From assembly GCA_964427405.1 (NCBI GenBank), contig CAYRUB010000006.1:15558-79557 (forward strand): a stretch of 64,000 bases of DNA, read 5' to 3'. This stretch comes from an uncultured Planctomycetales bacterium. Its GTDB lineage: Bacteria; Omnitrophota; Gorgyraeia; Gygaellales; Profunditerraquicolaceae. The number at the start of each line of letters is the position of its first letter. The stretch's first letter is position 1. The notes beneath the pieces are model-generated. The model was not told where the DNA came from and searched no databases. It saw nothing but the letters and a program-made list of their open reading frames with translations. This document shows, in pieces, positions 10,243 through 20,457 of this stretch. Made by a program: the position numbers and the translations under genes.

Positions 10243-11487
10243 GTGCAAAAGATAAAGATTGTAGTAATCGGCGGTGGGCCATCGGGTATGATGGCAGCGA
10301 TCCGGGCTGCAGGCCTTGGCCAGGATGTAACTCTTCTTGAAAAGAAAGACTCTCTCGGTAACAAACTCCTTTTAAGCGGCAAGGGCCGCTGCAACCTTAC
10401 AAATACAGAAGACCTCGAATATTTTCTGAAGCGATTCTCTAAAAACGGCGATTTTCTAAGGGATGCCTTTAAGAAATTTTTTAATCGTGAGCTTATTGAT
10501 TTTTTTGAGCAGCGCGGTTTAAAAATGAAAATAGAGCGTCAGATGCGTGTTTTCCCTCAGAGCGATCGTTCTGCGAGTATTCTTGATATCCTGAAGAAAG
10601 AGCTTGTAAAATCAGGGGTACAGGTTATTTATAAAGCCAAGGTAGTTAATTTACTCTTATCTGCTGGCAAAGTTAAAGCTGTGCGCTTAGAGAATGGTGT
10701 GAATATTGCTTGTGATCGGATAATCTTTGCTTCGGGAGGAGCCAGCTATAGCTTTACCGGCTCTGACGCTTCGGGGATAAATATTGTTCGCAGGCTTGGG
10801 CATGAAATTGTACCTTTGCGGCCAGGATTAATTCCGCTTGATGTAAAGCAGGGTTATCCTAGGAAACTAGAAGGCCTGACCTTGCGTAATATCAGGCTTA
10901 AGTTTTCCGACGGCAAGGTACAAATTGTCTCTGAAATAGGCGAGTTGATTTTTACTGCCTACGGGATATCCGGGCCGCTGGTGATTACTTTAAGCGGTAG
11001 AGTGGTGGATATGTTTTCACAAAATAAAAATGTTTTTGTTGAAATAGATTTAAAGCCGGCCTTATCTATCGAGCAGCTAGACGGCCGTCTACTTAGAGAG
11101 TTCAAGGCAAATGCCAAGAAAAGCATTAAGAACGCGCTTAAGGAATTATTGCCTTTAAGGTTAATCAAGGTTTTTATAGAGGCATCTGCGATTGACTTGC
11201 TTAAGAAATGCAGCCAGATTACGCAAGGAGAAAGAGAAAGAATAATTTCTCTGCTTAAAGGGTTTCGCATGGATATCTCCGGGGCCAGGCCTATTGAAGA
11301 GGGTATGGTTACCCGCGGTGGGGTAAGTTTAAAAGAAATAAATCCACGCACCATGGAGTCACGCCTGATTAAGGGTTTGTATTTTTGCGGAGAGATGATT
11401 GATGTGGATGCGGATACCGGAGGTTTTAACCTTCAGGCGGCATTCTCGACGGGTTATTTGGCAGGCGAAAGCGCTACGATAAGTTAA
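10243..11487 (+). CDS. HI0933/BaiN family flavoprotein
   Basis: GGGPSGMMAA, SGKGRCNLTN, VTRGGV, TGGFNLQAA. Confidence 0.9.
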   Translation: MQKIKIVVIGGGPSGMMAAIRAAGLGQDVTLLEKKDSLGNKLLLSGKGRCNLTNTEDLEYFLKRFSKNGDFLRDAFKKFFNRELIDFFEQRGLKMKIERQMRVFPQSDRSASILDILKKELVKSGVQVIYKAKVVNLLLSAGKVKAVRLENGVNIACDRIIFASGGASYSFTGSDASGINIVRRLGHEIVPLRPGLIPLDVKQGYPRKLEGLTLRNIRLKFSDGKVQIVSEIGELIFTAYGISGPLVITLSGRVVDMFSQNKNVFVEIDLKPALSIEQLDGRLLREFKANAKKSIKNALKELLPLRLIKVFIEASAIDLLKKCSQITQGERERIISLLKGFRMDISGARPIEEGMVTRGGVSLKEINPRTMESRLIKGLYFCGEMIDVDADTGGFNLQAAFSTGYLAGESATIS

Positions 11488-11568
11488 CGGGTCCTGCCAC
11501 GGCGCCACCCTGTTGTCCTCGCTATTCGCTGCGGTCAGCAGGGGACTCGTCGCCGTGTCACCCGTTAA
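11484..11568. repeat. TTAA-bounded palindromic element
   Basis: ttaacggg..cccgttaa, cacggcg..cgccgtg and cctgttg..cagcagg nested stems. Confidence 0.65.
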
Positions 11569-11587
11569 TTAAAATCGAGGCATATAT

Positions 11588-12934
11588 ATGAAACAGATAC
11601 AAATATATTTAGCGTCCCACTCTAAGGCCCGCCGGAAGTTATTAAAAGATATGGGTCTGAAGTTTAAAGTCCTCCCGGGCAAAGTTAAAGAGGAAAGGAA
11701 AACCAGGAGAATTTCTTATATCGAGTTGGTAAAGTTGAATGCACTGAGGAAGGCTAAAGATGTTGCCTCAAGAGTAAAGAGCGGAGTTATTATTGCTGCG
11801 GATACTATTTGCGTGCAGGGTGGTAAAATATTCGGCAAGCCGAGAAATATGCAGGATGCCCGTAGCATGCTTAAAAAATTATCAAGCCGTCAGCAGCGTC
11901 TATATACCGGCTTGGCAGTTATAAAAAAAGGCAGAGAAGGAGAAAGGCTTTTACTTGACCATGAAGAAACTAAAGTTTATATGGATAAGTTAAGCGATGC
12001 TGAGATCGCTAATTATTTTAAACAGGTTTCTCCAATGGACAAGGCGGGAAGTTTTGATATCCAGGGCAAAGGGGCTTTTTTTATTAAGAGGATAGATGGG
12101 TGTTTTTATAATGTCGTAGGGCTGCCTTTAAGAAAACTTTACCGGATTTTTCGAAAACTGGGGTTGTTTTTGATGGCCGGGGCATTTTTTGTTATAAGCG
12201 GCTGCTCAACTGAATACAACCTGGCTACCAAGCAAGAAGAAAAATATTATTACAGCACGGATAAAGAAGTACAGATGGGCCGGTCAATTGACCGGCAAGT
12301 GGAAAAACAATATAAATTTTCAGCTGACCCACTGCAGCAAAAACGCGTTGAGGATATAGGTAAAAAAATAGCCGCGGTAAGCGACCGGAAAGAAATTGAT
12401 TATCATTTTCGGGTTTTGGAGGATGACCAGGTGAATGCCGTTTCTCTTCCCGGCGGTTATATTTATGTAAACAGCGGGCTATTGGAGAAGGTTTCAAATA
12501 ATGATGAACTTGCCTGTGTTTTGGCGCATGAAGTAGGGCATATCGTAGCCCGGCATAGCATTAAGAAGCTACAGGCAATGCAAAGCTATACTGTTTTAAG
12601 ATTATTAGTAGCGGTAGCTCCGGGTACAGGAGAAGTGGGGACTGCCGCAGATGTTGCTTTTACCCAGTTTCTTCTTGGCTATAGCCGCGAGGATGAATTG
12701 CTCGCCGATCAATTGGGGGCGCGTTATGCTAAGCTTGCAGGTTATGATCCACATGGCATGATTACTTTTTTAACCAAGCTGCAAGATATAAACCGCAGGA
12801 TGCCGATTCAGGAGAAGTCTTATTATAAAACTCATCCCTATGTTCCTGACAGGATTAGGGTGGTTAAGCAGGAGATGGGGGAAGGAATAGATTTCGGTGA
12901 TTACATCAATATTGAACAAAAGCCTCACGAATAA
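11588..12934 (+). CDS. Maf-like NTP pyrophosphatase fused to M48 metallopeptidase
   Basis: N-terminal LASxS..RR, ADT, GKP, DKAGSF, NVVGLP; hydrophobic stretch ending ISGC; C-terminal NAVSLPGG, HEVGH, E-x-x-AD, THP. Confidence 0.85.
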   Translation: MKQIQIYLASHSKARRKLLKDMGLKFKVLPGKVKEERKTRRISYIELVKLNALRKAKDVASRVKSGVIIAADTICVQGGKIFGKPRNMQDARSMLKKLSSRQQRLYTGLAVIKKGREGERLLLDHEETKVYMDKLSDAEIANYFKQVSPMDKAGSFDIQGKGAFFIKRIDGCFYNVVGLPLRKLYRIFRKLGLFLMAGAFFVISGCSTEYNLATKQEEKYYYSTDKEVQMGRSIDRQVEKQYKFSADPLQQKRVEDIGKKIAAVSDRKEIDYHFRVLEDDQVNAVSLPGGYIYVNSGLLEKVSNNDELACVLAHEVGHIVARHSIKKLQAMQSYTVLRLLVAVAPGTGEVGTAADVAFTQFLLGYSREDELLADQLGARYAKLAGYDPHGMITFLTKLQDINRRMPIQEKSYYKTHPYVPDRIRVVKQEMGEGIDFGDYINIEQKPHE

Positions 12935-14057
12935 GATAATTTGGTTTATAGTTTTAGTTTTGTTGATCTTCTCTGGTATTTACGCCGGAGAGTCTTTACT
13001 AAAGTCAAATATGAAAAATGATACGGTTATTTTAAGCAAAGAAAATCTTAATAATCCTTTCGGGGTCTTGGAATTTTTACATTGGAATCACTCCTGGAAT
13101 AATTATAAATATTCATCTAAGCGGGATCTGGAAAAAACCGCCTCTTTGATGCAGGAGGCAGGAGTAGGCTGGGTAAGAGTTGATTTTTTATGGAGTGATA
13201 TAGAGCCTCAGGAAGGCAAGTTTGATTTTGCCAAATATGATGGCATTGTCCAGTTGCTTAAGGATAAGGGGATGCATATTCTAGGAATTTTACATTATAG
13301 TACTGATTGGGCGTCCGCGTGCGGAAAATGGAACTGCCCGCCAAAAGAAAATAAGTTTTTTATTAAGTACGCCAGCCGGGTTATCCAGCGCTATAAGGAT
13401 CAGGTTAAATACTGGGAGCTTTGGAATGAGCCGGATTCTCCTACTTACTGGAAAGAGCAGGATGGCCTAAAATCTTATTGTGCTTTATTGAAGGAAGTTT
13501 ATGTTGCTGCTAAACAGATTGACCCTGAATGTAAAATTTTAAACGGCGGAGTTGCCAATGGCGCCTCCAGCGTTAATCATTTATATGATAATGGGGCAAA
13601 AGATTATTTCGATATACTAAACATCCATTTCTTCCAAAACCCCCTGCATCCCGGGGCAATTAAGGCAGTGGTAAGTTATCCGAAATTAGTCTATAAGATA
13701 ATGCAGCGTAATGGCGACGGGGATAAAAAGATATGGATTACCGAGATCGGCTGCCCCGGAGTAAAGAGATGGTTAAGTGTCGGTAACTGGTGGTTGGGCA
13801 AGAATCCTAGTGAGAGCAAACAAGCCAAATGGCTTAAGGATGTGTATACAGAATTATTGAAAGATGCTCATGTTGAAAAAGTATTTTGGGCTTTTTTCAG
13901 GGATACAAAAAACCACTGGAATAACGGAGTAGACTATTTCGGCCTGGTACGCTGGGGTTTTTCCCGTAAACCTTCTTTTTACGCGTATCAGGAGTGTTTC
14001 CGCAAATGGTTTTTTGAATACAGGAAAAATAGTGGTATACTTAATCCAGGGGGGTGA
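12897..14057 (+). CDS. Clan-A glycoside hydrolase (GH5/GH39-like), signal-anchored
   Basis: GVGWVR, WSDIEPQEG, WNEP acid/base, WITEIG nucleophile; start uncertain. Confidence 0.8.
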   Translation: MITSILNKSLTNKIIWFIVLVLLIFSGIYAGESLLKSNMKNDTVILSKENLNNPFGVLEFLHWNHSWNNYKYSSKRDLEKTASLMQEAGVGWVRVDFLWSDIEPQEGKFDFAKYDGIVQLLKDKGMHILGILHYSTDWASACGKWNCPPKENKFFIKYASRVIQRYKDQVKYWELWNEPDSPTYWKEQDGLKSYCALLKEVYVAAKQIDPECKILNGGVANGASSVNHLYDNGAKDYFDILNIHFFQNPLHPGAIKAVVSYPKLVYKIMQRNGDGDKKIWITEIGCPGVKRWLSVGNWWLGKNPSESKQAKWLKDVYTELLKDAHVEKVFWAFFRDTKNHWNNGVDYFGLVRWGFSRKPSFYAYQECFRKWFFEYRKNSGILNPGG

Positions 14058-14449
14058 TGCTCTTGAAGAAGAAAATAATGATTATTGACGACGAAGAGAG
14101 TTTTGCCTCAATGCTTAAGATGCGAATTGAGAACTCCGGAGATTATGAAGTTACGGTTTCCCCGGAAGCAAAAGATATAATCAGCCGCATACATGAGATC
14201 AGGCCGGATGTTATCTTATTGGATCTGCTTATGCCCGGTATTGGCGGACTGGATATTGGTGATATGCTGAATCATGACCCTATCGGCCTGACTATCCCGG
14301 TAATAGTAGTTTCAGGCCTGGATAATCCTATGGACAAGATTAAGGCTTATAAGCTTGGGATTAGCGATTACTTGGTTAAGCCTGTTGATGATCTAAAGCT
14401 GATCAAGGCAATAGAAAAAGCCATTGAATTGAAATCAGGACAATCCTGA
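14054..14449 (+). CDS. Single-domain response regulator
   Basis: IIDD, LLDLLMP, YLVKP. Confidence 0.9.
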   Translation: MMLLKKKIMIIDDEESFASMLKMRIENSGDYEVTVSPEAKDIISRIHEIRPDVILLDLLMPGIGGLDIGDMLNHDPIGLTIPVIVVSGLDNPMDKIKAYKLGISDYLVKPVDDLKLIKAIEKAIELKSGQS

Positions 14450-14477
14450 AGTGGGAGTCCTTCTCCGTACAATTTAG

Positions 14478-14558
14478 TGCGGGGAGAGGGAGTTGAACCC
14501 TCAAGGGTTACCCCACACGCTTCTGAGACGTGCGCGTATGCCATTCCGCCACCCCCGC
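14478..14558 (-). tRNA. tRNA-Leu(CAG)
   Basis: Reverse complement folds as a cloverleaf with long variable arm; anticodon loop ctCAGaa; ggttcaac T-loop. Confidence 0.93.
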
Positions 14559-14702
14559 AATGCAATTAAGTATATATTAGCCTCTTTATCCTGTCAATTA
14601 GTTTAGTGTTTTGCCTTGATATAAAGGGATTGCGGCAAGGTTTTTTTGCTGTTATAATACTCCTTTCTTAGAACCTAAGCTATTGTCATACAGGGAGAAA
14701 TA

Positions 14703-15659
14703 ATGTTTTTAACTTATTTTAGGATTACTGGTATAGCCATGGCCCAGATATTTTCTTTGGGCGCATTAGGGTATATTTTTGTAAAGAAAAATATACTTTC
14801 CCACGCAGGCCTGGATGCTTTAAGCCGGCTGGTTATACAGGTCATTTTTCCGGCCTTAATCTTTACCCAGCTACTTGAGAATTTTAGTTTTAACCTTTAT
14901 CCTGACTGGTGGATTTTTCCGCTCGTCAGTTTGTTAATTACTATTGCCGGTTTGATAGTGGGTTGGTTATTGCTTAAACTTTTGAAATTAAAGACGCATA
15001 AACTGCAGTTTTTAAGTTTGGTCGGTTTTCAGAACTCCGGGTATCTTCCTTTGGCAATTGTTGCGGCGATATTCTCTGGCCAGGATGCCGCCAATATGTT
15101 TATTTTTATAATATTATTTCTTTTGGGTTTTGATCTGGTGGCCTGGTCCTGCGGTATCTATATGCTTACTTATGAAAAACAGGCAAAATTCAGGATGCGC
15201 AGTATTTTTAGCCCTCCGGTGATCGCGAATTTAGCAACCCTTGCGCTTATATCGTTAGGCCTGAATAAATTTATCCCGGCTAGTGTGTTTAAGCCAATTG
15301 AAATGATCGGTAATTGTACTCTGCCATTGGCTATGTTTGTAGTCGGTGGCAATATTGCCATGGTGCAGTTAAAGAATATTGATAAAAGAGCAGTTTTTTT
15401 TCTTCTTCTGGGCAAGTTAATTATTCTTCCGGCGCTTGGAATAGCCGTAGTGCTAAGACTCGGGCTTTCTCATCTGTTGGGTTTCTTGATTATTATGCAG
15501 TTGGCTATGCCTTCGGCAACTTCCTTGTCGGTAATTATCCGGCATTACAAAAAAGAGGATGCCTTGATTAGCCAGGGGGTGTTCTTCAGTCATATTGTCA
15601 GCCTCTTGACTATCCCCTTATTTTTGAGTTTGTATTTATCTATGGCTGTGCTAAAATGA
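14703..15659 (+). CDS. AEC (auxin efflux carrier) family transporter
   Basis: Multi-TM protein; FQNSGYLPL, PLAMFVVG, AMPSA. Confidence 0.85.
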   Translation: MFLTYFRITGIAMAQIFSLGALGYIFVKKNILSHAGLDALSRLVIQVIFPALIFTQLLENFSFNLYPDWWIFPLVSLLITIAGLIVGWLLLKLLKLKTHKLQFLSLVGFQNSGYLPLAIVAAIFSGQDAANMFIFIILFLLGFDLVAWSCGIYMLTYEKQAKFRMRSIFSPPVIANLATLALISLGLNKFIPASVFKPIEMIGNCTLPLAMFVVGGNIAMVQLKNIDKRAVFFLLLGKLIILPALGIAVVLRLGLSHLLGFLIIMQLAMPSATSLSVIIRHYKKEDALISQGVFFSHIVSLLTIPLFLSLYLSMAVLK

Positions 15660-16108
15660 GTAAATCTATCCTTACTAACCGCAAAGCTTACAGGGATTAT
15701 GAAGTTCTTGAGACTTTAGAGTGTGGTATTGAACTAAAGGGCTCTGAAGTAAAATCTTTACGCGCGGGGAAGATTAATTTAAACGATAGTTTTGCCCGTA
15801 TTGAGAAACTAGAGGCTTTTTTATATAACGCACACATCAGCCATTATACAGAAGCCAGCTATCTGAATGTCGACACGGATAGGATACGCAGGCTTCTTCT
15901 ACACAAGAAGCAGATTGAAAGGATTGCCGGTAAACTTGCCCAGAAAGGCCTGACCTTAATACCGCTTAAGGTTTATTTCAATGACCGGGGTTTTGTAAAG
16001 CTGGAGCTTGGGCTTTGTAAGGGTAAAAAACTTTACGATAAACGAGAAAGTATCAAGCGCAGAGAAACAGATCTTGAGATGCGCCGTGCAGTGAAGAACA
16101 GAAGATAG
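15656..16108 (+). CDS. smpB: SsrA-binding protein
   Basis: NRKA, GIELKGSEVKSLR, KGKKLYDKR. Confidence 0.97.
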   Translation: MSKSILTNRKAYRDYEVLETLECGIELKGSEVKSLRAGKINLNDSFARIEKLEAFLYNAHISHYTEASYLNVDTDRIRRLLLHKKQIERIAGKLAQKGLTLIPLKVYFNDRGFVKLELGLCKGKKLYDKRESIKRRETDLEMRRAVKNRR

Positions 16109-16110
16109 CA

Positions 16111-16517
16111 GGGGGTGAAAGGGTTCGACTTAAGATATGTCGGATAAAAGCAGCATGCCGCGGAGGTAAGGTTAGCCGCGTTAACAACTCCTTACACAAT
16201 TTAAACGCAAACACGCAAGTGTCACGTTTAGGAACATTTGTCACGCCGTCATTTACGGCAAGACCTATGTTCGTACCAGCCTTCGGGCTTAATTAAGTCC
16301 GAAGCCTCTAACCGTCCTGCCTACGGGATGGATTAGGGCCTAAGTAGGCTAGTTCCGGCGGTTAGCCTTTGAAGCCGGGGCGAAATTAAAAAGGCTGCGC
16401 TTTGCAAATCCTGCCCCGCGGGAGTTGCAAAGGTAAGTTTAAAATGCGGGGCTAAGCATGTAGCGGCTTCTATGCGATTACTTAAGGACGGCGGTTCAAT
16501 TCCGCCCACCTCCACCA
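16111..16517 (+). ncRNA. ssrA: tmRNA
   Basis: 5' GGGGGTGAAA..TTCGAC, 3' GGTTCAATTCCGCCCACCTCCACCA; directly after smpB; tag ORF about 16207-16296. Confidence 0.95.
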
Positions 16518-16525
16518 TATAACTT

Positions 16526-17614
16526 ATGTTTACTAGAAAAATATATATTTCATATTTTATTTTGTTAGTCTTATTGCTTTCCGGTTGCGCTACTGTTGCG
16601 CCCCAGGTTACTATTCCGGCTTATTCTATAAATGGCGTGACTTATTATCCGCTGGTTAGTTTATGCGATTTGCGCGGAGTAGATATAAAATATGATACGC
16701 TTATACGTACTGCTTATTTAAGCAAGGATTCTAAATATGTAAATTTGCGCGCCGGGGATGCTCTGGTTTTAGTTAACGATAGCATTATGCATCTAAAATC
16801 ACCCATAGATATCTATCAAGGCACGCTTGTCGTTCCTAAGCAATTTAAGGAACAGATATTTGATATACTGTTCCCGCAAGTTATTTCAACGCATCGCCGC
16901 CAGAGCCGGGGGAAAATAAATTTAAATAAGGTGGTCATTGATGCAGGGCATGGAGGCAACGATCCCGGGGCCATAGGAAAAAATAGTTTAAGGGAGAAGG
17001 ATGTAAATCTTGATATAGCCCGGAGATTAAGCGATCTTTTAAGGGCGGAAGGGGTGCGTACGGTGCTCACCCGTTCAAATGACAGGTTTATTCCCCTTTC
17101 CACACGGGTAAATATTGCAAATAAATCAGGCGCGGATTTGTTTATTAGCCTTCATTCTAATGCTAACCGTTCGCGCTCTTTGAGCGGTTTTGAAGTTTAT
17201 TATGTCGCTCCCAGTATAAGTGATTCCAAGCGCGCATCTATGACAGCAAGGAGCGCATCGTTGCATTTAAAGAACGCTGTGTTTGCCAGCAACTCCCAGG
17301 ATTTACAGGCGATTATCTGGGATATGATTTATACAAACAGCCGGGCGGAATCAATAGGATTGGCTCATTCTTTATGCAAGGTTATGGATGCCAGTATTGA
17401 TGCCAATATACTGGGGGTAAAAGGCGCGCGTTTTCAGGTACTGAAAGGGGTAAGGACCCCGGGGATATTAATTGAAGTTGGTTTTGTCTCCAATCTAAGC
17501 GAAGAAAGATTATTAAGGAGCAGCACCTACCGTCAGAGATTAGCCGAAGGTATATTAGAGGGGATCAGGGAATATTCGCAGGATATGGCTTTAGTGGAGG
17601 TATCGTCGAGATGA
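16526..17614 (+). CDS. N-acetylmuramoyl-L-alanine amidase (lipoprotein)
   Basis: LSGC lipobox; IDAGHGG, EKDVNL, ISLHSN, ILIEVGF. Confidence 0.92.
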   Translation: MFTRKIYISYFILLVLLLSGCATVAPQVTIPAYSINGVTYYPLVSLCDLRGVDIKYDTLIRTAYLSKDSKYVNLRAGDALVLVNDSIMHLKSPIDIYQGTLVVPKQFKEQIFDILFPQVISTHRRQSRGKINLNKVVIDAGHGGNDPGAIGKNSLREKDVNLDIARRLSDLLRAEGVRTVLTRSNDRFIPLSTRVNIANKSGADLFISLHSNANRSRSLSGFEVYYVAPSISDSKRASMTARSASLHLKNAVFASNSQDLQAIIWDMIYTNSRAESIGLAHSLCKVMDASIDANILGVKGARFQVLKGVRTPGILIEVGFVSNLSEERLLRSSTYRQRLAEGILEGIREYSQDMALVEVSSR

Positions 17615-18402
17615 AATCTATCGGTGTTTTTGATTCCGGTGTCGGGGGCCTGACAGTAGTTAAGGAATTGATCCGCCAGCTGCCCAATGAAAACATAGTT
17701 TATTTCGGCGATACGGCCCGCGTCCCTTACGGGATTAAATCGCGTGAAACAGTCATCCGTTTTTCCATTGAGAATATTTTATTTTTATTAAAACAGGATG
17801 TTAAGCTTATTTGCGTTGCCTGTAATACCGCTTCCAGCTTTGCCCTTCCGGTAATAAAGAATTATTTCCGCGCCCCGATTATCGGCGTGATTACTCCCGG
17901 CGTAAGGGAGGCGGTTTATGCTTCGCAAAACAGGCGCATTGGCGTAATTGGAACCAAGGGGACGATTAAAAGCCGCACATATGAAATAGAGATTAAGCAA
18001 CTTGATCCTAAAGCTAAAGTGATTACAGCTTCTTGTCCTTTATTTGTCCCTTTTGTTGAAGAGGGTTGGCTTTCCGGAGAGGTTGTCTTAAATGTGGTAA
18101 GGAGTTATTTAAAACCGCTTAAAGCCGCAGGTGTGGATACGGTAATTTTAGGTTGTACGCATTATCCTTTACTTAAGCCGGTAATTCAGCAGGTCTTGGG
18201 CAAAGATGTTATTTTAATTGATTCCGCCAAACAGGTAGCTTGTGAAGTGAAAAAGATTTTAGCCAGCGAAGACTTGCTTAACCGCGGTAAAGGCGGCACA
18301 CATAAGTTTTATGTTAGCGATAATCCGGAGTGGTTTAGCGGTTTAGCGCAGAGATTCCTGGGCAGGCAATTAAGGAACGTGAAGAAGGTGAACAATGTAT
18401 AG
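17611..18402 (+). CDS. murI: Glutamate racemase
   Basis: FDSGVGG, ACNTAS, GCTHYP. Confidence 0.97.
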   Translation: MKSIGVFDSGVGGLTVVKELIRQLPNENIVYFGDTARVPYGIKSRETVIRFSIENILFLLKQDVKLICVACNTASSFALPVIKNYFRAPIIGVITPGVREAVYASQNRRIGVIGTKGTIKSRTYEIEIKQLDPKAKVITASCPLFVPFVEEGWLSGEVVLNVVRSYLKPLKAAGVDTVILGCTHYPLLKPVIQQVLGKDVILIDSAKQVACEVKKILASEDLLNRGKGGTHKFYVSDNPEWFSGLAQRFLGRQLRNVKKVNNV

Positions 18403-18751
18403 TCTAAAAGTAGAAGGCACATTTAGCTCCGCGCATAATTTGAGAGGCTACAAAGGCAAGTGCGAGGATCTCCACGGCCATAATTGGCGCGTTGAGATTT
18501 CTGTAAAATCGAAAGATTTGGATCATATCGGAATGGTTTTAGATTTTAAATATCTGAAAAATAAATTAAACGTTGTGCTTGAAAAGATGGACCATAAATA
18601 TTTAAATAAACTGATTTTTTTTAAAAAGATAAACCCGACCTCCGAGAATATCGCAAAATATATTTATAATGAACTTAAAACCCGGATCGCTTTGCTTAAG
18701 AGCGTAACTGTCTGGGAGAACAGTACGAGCAGCGCTACATATGAAGAGTAG
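18395..18751 (+). CDS. queD: 6-carboxytetrahydropterin synthase
   Basis: FSSAH, CEDLHGHNW, NPTSENIA. Confidence 0.95.
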   Translation: MYSLKVEGTFSSAHNLRGYKGKCEDLHGHNWRVEISVKSKDLDHIGMVLDFKYLKNKLNVVLEKMDHKYLNKLIFFKKINPTSENIAKYIYNELKTRIALLKSVTVWENSTSSATYEE

Positions 18752-19397
18752 AGGAGTTAAGCAGGCGGTAGTTCTTTTGTCCGGAGGCCTTGATTCAGCA
18801 ACAGTTCTGTATCTTGCTAAAGCAAGAGGATATCTTTGCCGTTGTTTGATCTTTGATTACGGCCAACTGCATAAAAAAGAGATCAATCAAGCTGTGAAAA
18901 TAGCTAAGGCAGCCGGGTGCGCTTATAAAATTTTAAAGATAGATTTTCCTTGGAAAGGGTCTGCTCTTTTAGATCAGAAAATAAAGGTTCCTGAAAAAAT
19001 TAGCGGGGGCATCCCGGCTACTTATGTGCCGTCGCGCAATATTATTTTCTTGAGTTTTGCCGCTTCGTTTGCCGAGACAATAAAGGCACAGGCGATTTTT
19101 ATCGGAGCGCATGCCCAGGATTATTCCGGTTATCCGGATTGCCGGCCGGAGTTTTTCACAGCTTTTAGCAAAATGGTCAAGGCTGGTACCTACGGAGGTT
19201 TTAAAATTCTTTCGCCGTTGTTGCGTAAGAATAAATCGCAGATTATTCTTTTGGGTCAGAAGTTTGGTGTGCCGTTTGAATTAACCTGGTCATGTTACCG
19301 CGGGGCAAAAACTCCTTGCGCAAAATGCGACAGTTGTTATTACCGCGCCAAAGGTTTTAAAGAGGCGGGCTTGGTTGACCCGTTGATTAAGAAATGA
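18741..19397 (+). CDS. queC: 7-cyano-7-deazaguanine synthase
   Basis: SGGLDS, YVPSRN, YPDCR, TWSCY, CxxCxxC. Confidence 0.96.
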   Translation: MKSRGVKQAVVLLSGGLDSATVLYLAKARGYLCRCLIFDYGQLHKKEINQAVKIAKAAGCAYKILKIDFPWKGSALLDQKIKVPEKISGGIPATYVPSRNIIFLSFAASFAETIKAQAIFIGAHAQDYSGYPDCRPEFFTAFSKMVKAGTYGGFKILSPLLRKNKSQIILLGQKFGVPFELTWSCYRGAKTPCAKCDSCYYRAKGFKEAGLVDPLIKK

Positions 19398-20065
19398 AAG
19401 CAAAAATTGTGGAAGTTTTTGACAGTGTGCAGGGAGAAGGCCTGTATTTGGGCGAGAAGCAGATCTTTGTGCGTTTTCATGACTGCAATTTAAAATGCAG
19501 TTTCTGCGATACCAAGCCGGATAGATTTATGGAGTATGAACCTCAAGAATTGTTTGCCGAGATCAAGCTTTACCGCGATAAGTATCATTCCATTTCTTTT
19601 ACCGGCGGGGAGCCGCTTTTATGCAAAGATTTCTTAAAAGAAATATTGCAACTTACTGCCAAGCATGGCCATAGGCATTACCTGGAGACAAACGGTACCC
19701 TGGCTTCTGAACTGGAAGAACTTATTGAGCATATAGATATAGTGGCGATGGATTTAAAGTTTCCCAGCTCAACCGGTATGGGAGAGCTCTGGGATAAGCA
19801 CAAGAATTTCTTAAAAGTTGCCCGTCGGAAAGAGGTGTTTTTAAAAGCGATTATTTGTCAGGGGACTAGTGAAGAGGATTTAAGGCAGGCGCTTGAGCTG
19901 ATTAAAGAGGTAAATCCGGTGAGTATTTTAATTTTACAGCCGAATAGTAATGAGAATCATGGGGCTTTGAATGAAAAATTGTCTAAATTTAAAAAGATTT
20001 GCAGTCAGGAAAGGGTTACTGCCTGCGTTATACCGCAGATACATAAAATAGTAGGAGTAAGATGA
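19394..20065 (+). CDS. queE: 7-carboxy-7-deazaguanine synthase (radical SAM)
   Basis: SVQGEG, CNLKCSFCDT, TGGEP, ETNG, PQIHK. Confidence 0.93.
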   Translation: MKAKIVEVFDSVQGEGLYLGEKQIFVRFHDCNLKCSFCDTKPDRFMEYEPQELFAEIKLYRDKYHSISFTGGEPLLCKDFLKEILQLTAKHGHRHYLETNGTLASELEELIEHIDIVAMDLKFPSSTGMGELWDKHKNFLKVARRKEVFLKAIICQGTSEEDLRQALELIKEVNPVSILILQPNSNENHGALNEKLSKFKKICSQERVTACVIPQIHKIVGVR

Positions 20066-20457
20066 TGAAGAAGTCCAGCTACGAAGGCCTGCAAAAGAAT
20101 GTCAGGGCATTAAAGACTCCTGAAATCGAGGTTTGGCAGAATCAGTATGCGGATAAAGTTTATACGATTAACCTGGATATACCGGAGTTTACCTGTATTT
20201 GCCCAAAAACAGGCTTGCCGGATTTTGCAGTTATCCGTCTTGAGTATTCTCCGTCTAAATTCTGCGTGGAGCTAAAATCTTTTAAGATGTATACGATAGC
20301 TTATCGCAATGTCGGGATATTCCATGAGCATTTGATTAATAAGATGCTTGAGGATTTTGTAAAATCAGTCAAGCCGCGCTGGGCCAGAATTCAAGGTATT
20401 TTTAATCCCCGCGGAGGTATTACAACAACCGTATCCCGGGAGTACAAGACTAAATGA
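20062..20457 (+). CDS. queF: preQ0 reductase
   Basis: EFTCICPKTGLPDF, ELKSFK, FHE, PRGG. Confidence 0.95.
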   Translation: MMKKSSYEGLQKNVRALKTPEIEVWQNQYADKVYTINLDIPEFTCICPKTGLPDFAVIRLEYSPSKFCVELKSFKMYTIAYRNVGIFHEHLINKMLEDFVKSVKPRWARIQGIFNPRGGITTTVSREYKTK

